Shown here piece by piece: positions 62,901 through 64,000 of a stretch of 64,000 nucleotides of DNA. This DNA comes from Bispira polyomma (lineage: Eukaryota): positions 39,556,001-39,620,000 of the forward strand of contig OZ287749.1 in assembly GCA_965649765.1 (NCBI GenBank), written 5' to 3'. The number at the start of each line of letters is the position of its first letter. Position 1 is the first letter of the stretch. The position numbers and the translations under genes were made by a program. The notes under the pieces were generated by a model. It was not told the DNA's origin. It saw only the letters and a list, made by a program, of their open reading frames with translations, and did not search any database.

Positions 62901-63338
62901 GTTCAAAAAGATAGGCCTTCAGCTTACTCCTGAAAGAGGAGAAAGTTTGAGCCAGGCAAACATGATCAGGTAGGCTGTTCCAAATGAGGGGGCCATCATG
63001 AGCTAGGCAGTGATTGAACTGAACTTTGGATTTGTGGATGTGAGGGTCGAAGGTGGGAATGTTAAGGTATAATTTATCAGGGTTACTGCGCCTAGTCCTG
63101 ACTGAGCATGTATATTTGGATAGATGGGGGCTAAAATAAGTGGGTAATCCAGAATTTAGAAATTTATATATTATTGTTATATCCAGGGTTATCACATGTA
63201 TAATGTGTTTTTGTATGATATTTACTAGTGTTGGTGTCAGAAGGTTACAAGTCTCCTTTTGCTGCAATCATCAAACAAGGGGAATGCCATGTCTTGAGAC
63301 AAGTGGAAGTGATCAAGAATCTGCCTGGTGGTGTCAGA
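44916..63338 (+). CDS. CNBD1: Cyclic nucleotide-binding domain-containing protein 1-like (partial; continues right of the window)
   Basis: Phase-consistent exons 44916-44994, 46664-46742, 47439-47552, 48454-48509, 50573-50753, 51951-52099, 52352-52482, 59090-59230, 61058-61190, 63229-63338. Motifs IDYDKLKQLISIDG, AHKSFMANYKSIF, LLKKFPFERS, FILRGKV, GDCFGTF, WASFPANTVLVSEG..IIKQGEC resemble CNBD1 with tandem CNB-like domains. Confidence 0.85.
45101..45305. repeat. Fold-back inverted repeat (about 75-bp arms), probable MITE
   Basis: ACCGCGGCGATCGTCAGTTAGCTGTCTTATCGCCGTGGCACGAGCCCACATAGAACTGGAGATTT versus its near-perfect reverse complement ending at 45305. Confidence 0.88.
49193..50017. mobile_element. 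Non-autonomous TIR element, Kolobok-like
   Basis: TTAA|GGGGGTTCCACAT ... ATGTGGAACCCCCAC|TTAA, with internal GGATCGAAC and CCCGACC repeats. Relatives at 53400-53583 and 56960-57605. Confidence 0.75.
54930..55800. mobile_element. Second, inverted copy of the 33300-34080 repeat
   Basis: Reverse-complement colinearity with 33300-34080. Confidence 0.7.
56200..56660 (+). mobile_element. L2/CR1-type LINE 3' end
   Basis: FHWLTIEHRILFKY, GRRSFAVAA, WNRL..VRSQQTLSGFRSQLKTRLFRLAYPPP, and a (TAT)n tail. Confidence 0.8.
56960..57605. mobile_element. Diverged copy of the 49193-50017 TIR element
   Basis: GTGGTTCCAC ... GTGGAACCAC ends and a shared GATCGAACGTATCGCCAATAGGATCT block. Confidence 0.7.
59315..59830 (-). 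mobile_element. L2/CR1-type LINE 3' fragment
   Basis: Decayed ORF2 end and the same 3' UTR blocks as 5360-5540. Confidence 0.65.
60604..60649 (-). ncRNA. Minimal type I hammerhead ribozyme motif, Penelope-like
   Basis: Minus strand AGGTTATT-CTGAGGA-a-AGAG(taagg)CTCT-GAAA-GCTC-AATAAACCT: core boxes, stem I, stem II and palindromic AGCT stem III. Confidence 0.7.
61283..61500 (+). mobile_element. tRNA-derived SINE
   Basis: TGGTCTAGTTAG (A-box-like), GGGTTTGATCCC (B-box-like) and core ...GCTAAAGAACCTTGG. Confidence 0.6.
62640..62731 (-). mobile_element. Penelope-like RT fragment
   Basis: Minus strand reads DVISLYTSIPNNEGIRA, the Penelope-type DVxSLYTxIP motif. Confidence 0.65.
62732..63170 (-). 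mobile_element. L2/CR1-type LINE 3' end
   Basis: HDGPLIWNSLPDHV..TFSSFRSKLKAYLFEQAFPP, 3' UTR and (TAGAT)n tail. Confidence 0.85.
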
Positions 63339-64000
63339 GTAAGTTCTCTTTGCACTGACTACAGATATACAGTAGAATCTCTATATTATTCAAACTTTCA
63401 GTTTTTAAATATTTCATCCGTGAAAGTACTTTCACTCCCCCGAATGTACATTTTTAATACTAATATGCCTCTTCTGGTTTATGATCCTTTTATTAGCCAA
63501 ACCTGATGTTGTTCTCCCAACATGTTCAGGTAATAGAGGTTCTACTTTACTAAGTTCTGCTTCACTGAAATGCTGATACTGTCACTCGTTAAAATAGAAC
63601 CTATTAAGAAAATAATTATACACAGGATTCAGACAGGTTGAGGGCATCATGTGAAAAGCTGGTAATAAAGTGGACCTTGTTATGCCAAACCACATGATTT
63701 TTTTTTTGCACAACATTTACATATTTTGTCTGAATGAAGATTAGGACCTTTTGAGAGTTTGATCAGAATAGACAAATACACAGCATTTTATCAAATACAT
63801 GTACGATGTATACAAACTTTTAGCAAAAAATTTAAAAACATTTACATTGTAGATGGCATATTTAAAAATGTATTATGTACACTGAAATATATAGTGTGCA
63901 GAGACTCCATTATATACAGAGAAGTGAGATTAATTAGGTGTTTTGTATACTCCAATGCATAACAAGAGTTTGGTTTTCATTGGGTCAAAGCTTGTTCAAA

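Overview
AT-rich, intron-rich animal genomic DNA, probably mollusc-like given the Helentron/HINE, SINE, Kolobok and Penelope repeat content. I assembled four host genes by hand from splice sites and reading phase: RIOK2 (minus, 7 exons, continues off the left edge), a LysM + C-terminal TM gene (LYSMD3/4-like, plus, 2 coding exons), a CNG channel beta-subunit gene (CNGB/tax-2-like, minus, 12 coding exons, 40200 down to 17641) and a CNBD1-like gene (plus, 10 exons, continues off the right edge). The CNGB and CNBD1 genes are head-to-head, as human CNGB3/CNBD1 are. I found no pore, S6 or CNBD exons of the channel, so RIOK2 and LYSMD3 may be nested in one of its introns. The channel has an extra exon giving a Cys/N-glycan S1-S2 loop. 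One CNGB intron holds a same-strand tyrosine-recombinase retrotransposon (Ngaro/DIRS group) with intact RT-RNaseH and YR but damaged gag. Its YR has no ATG at the ORF start and sits behind a phase-1 splice acceptor in frame with both a gag donor and the upstream host exon. The window also has Penelope-type minimal hammerhead ribozyme motifs, a Helentron carrying a 142-bp higher-order array, many MITEs, L2/CR1 and Tx1 fragments, and duplicated exon-end/donor sites. Homology calls rest on remembered family motifs, not database searches.
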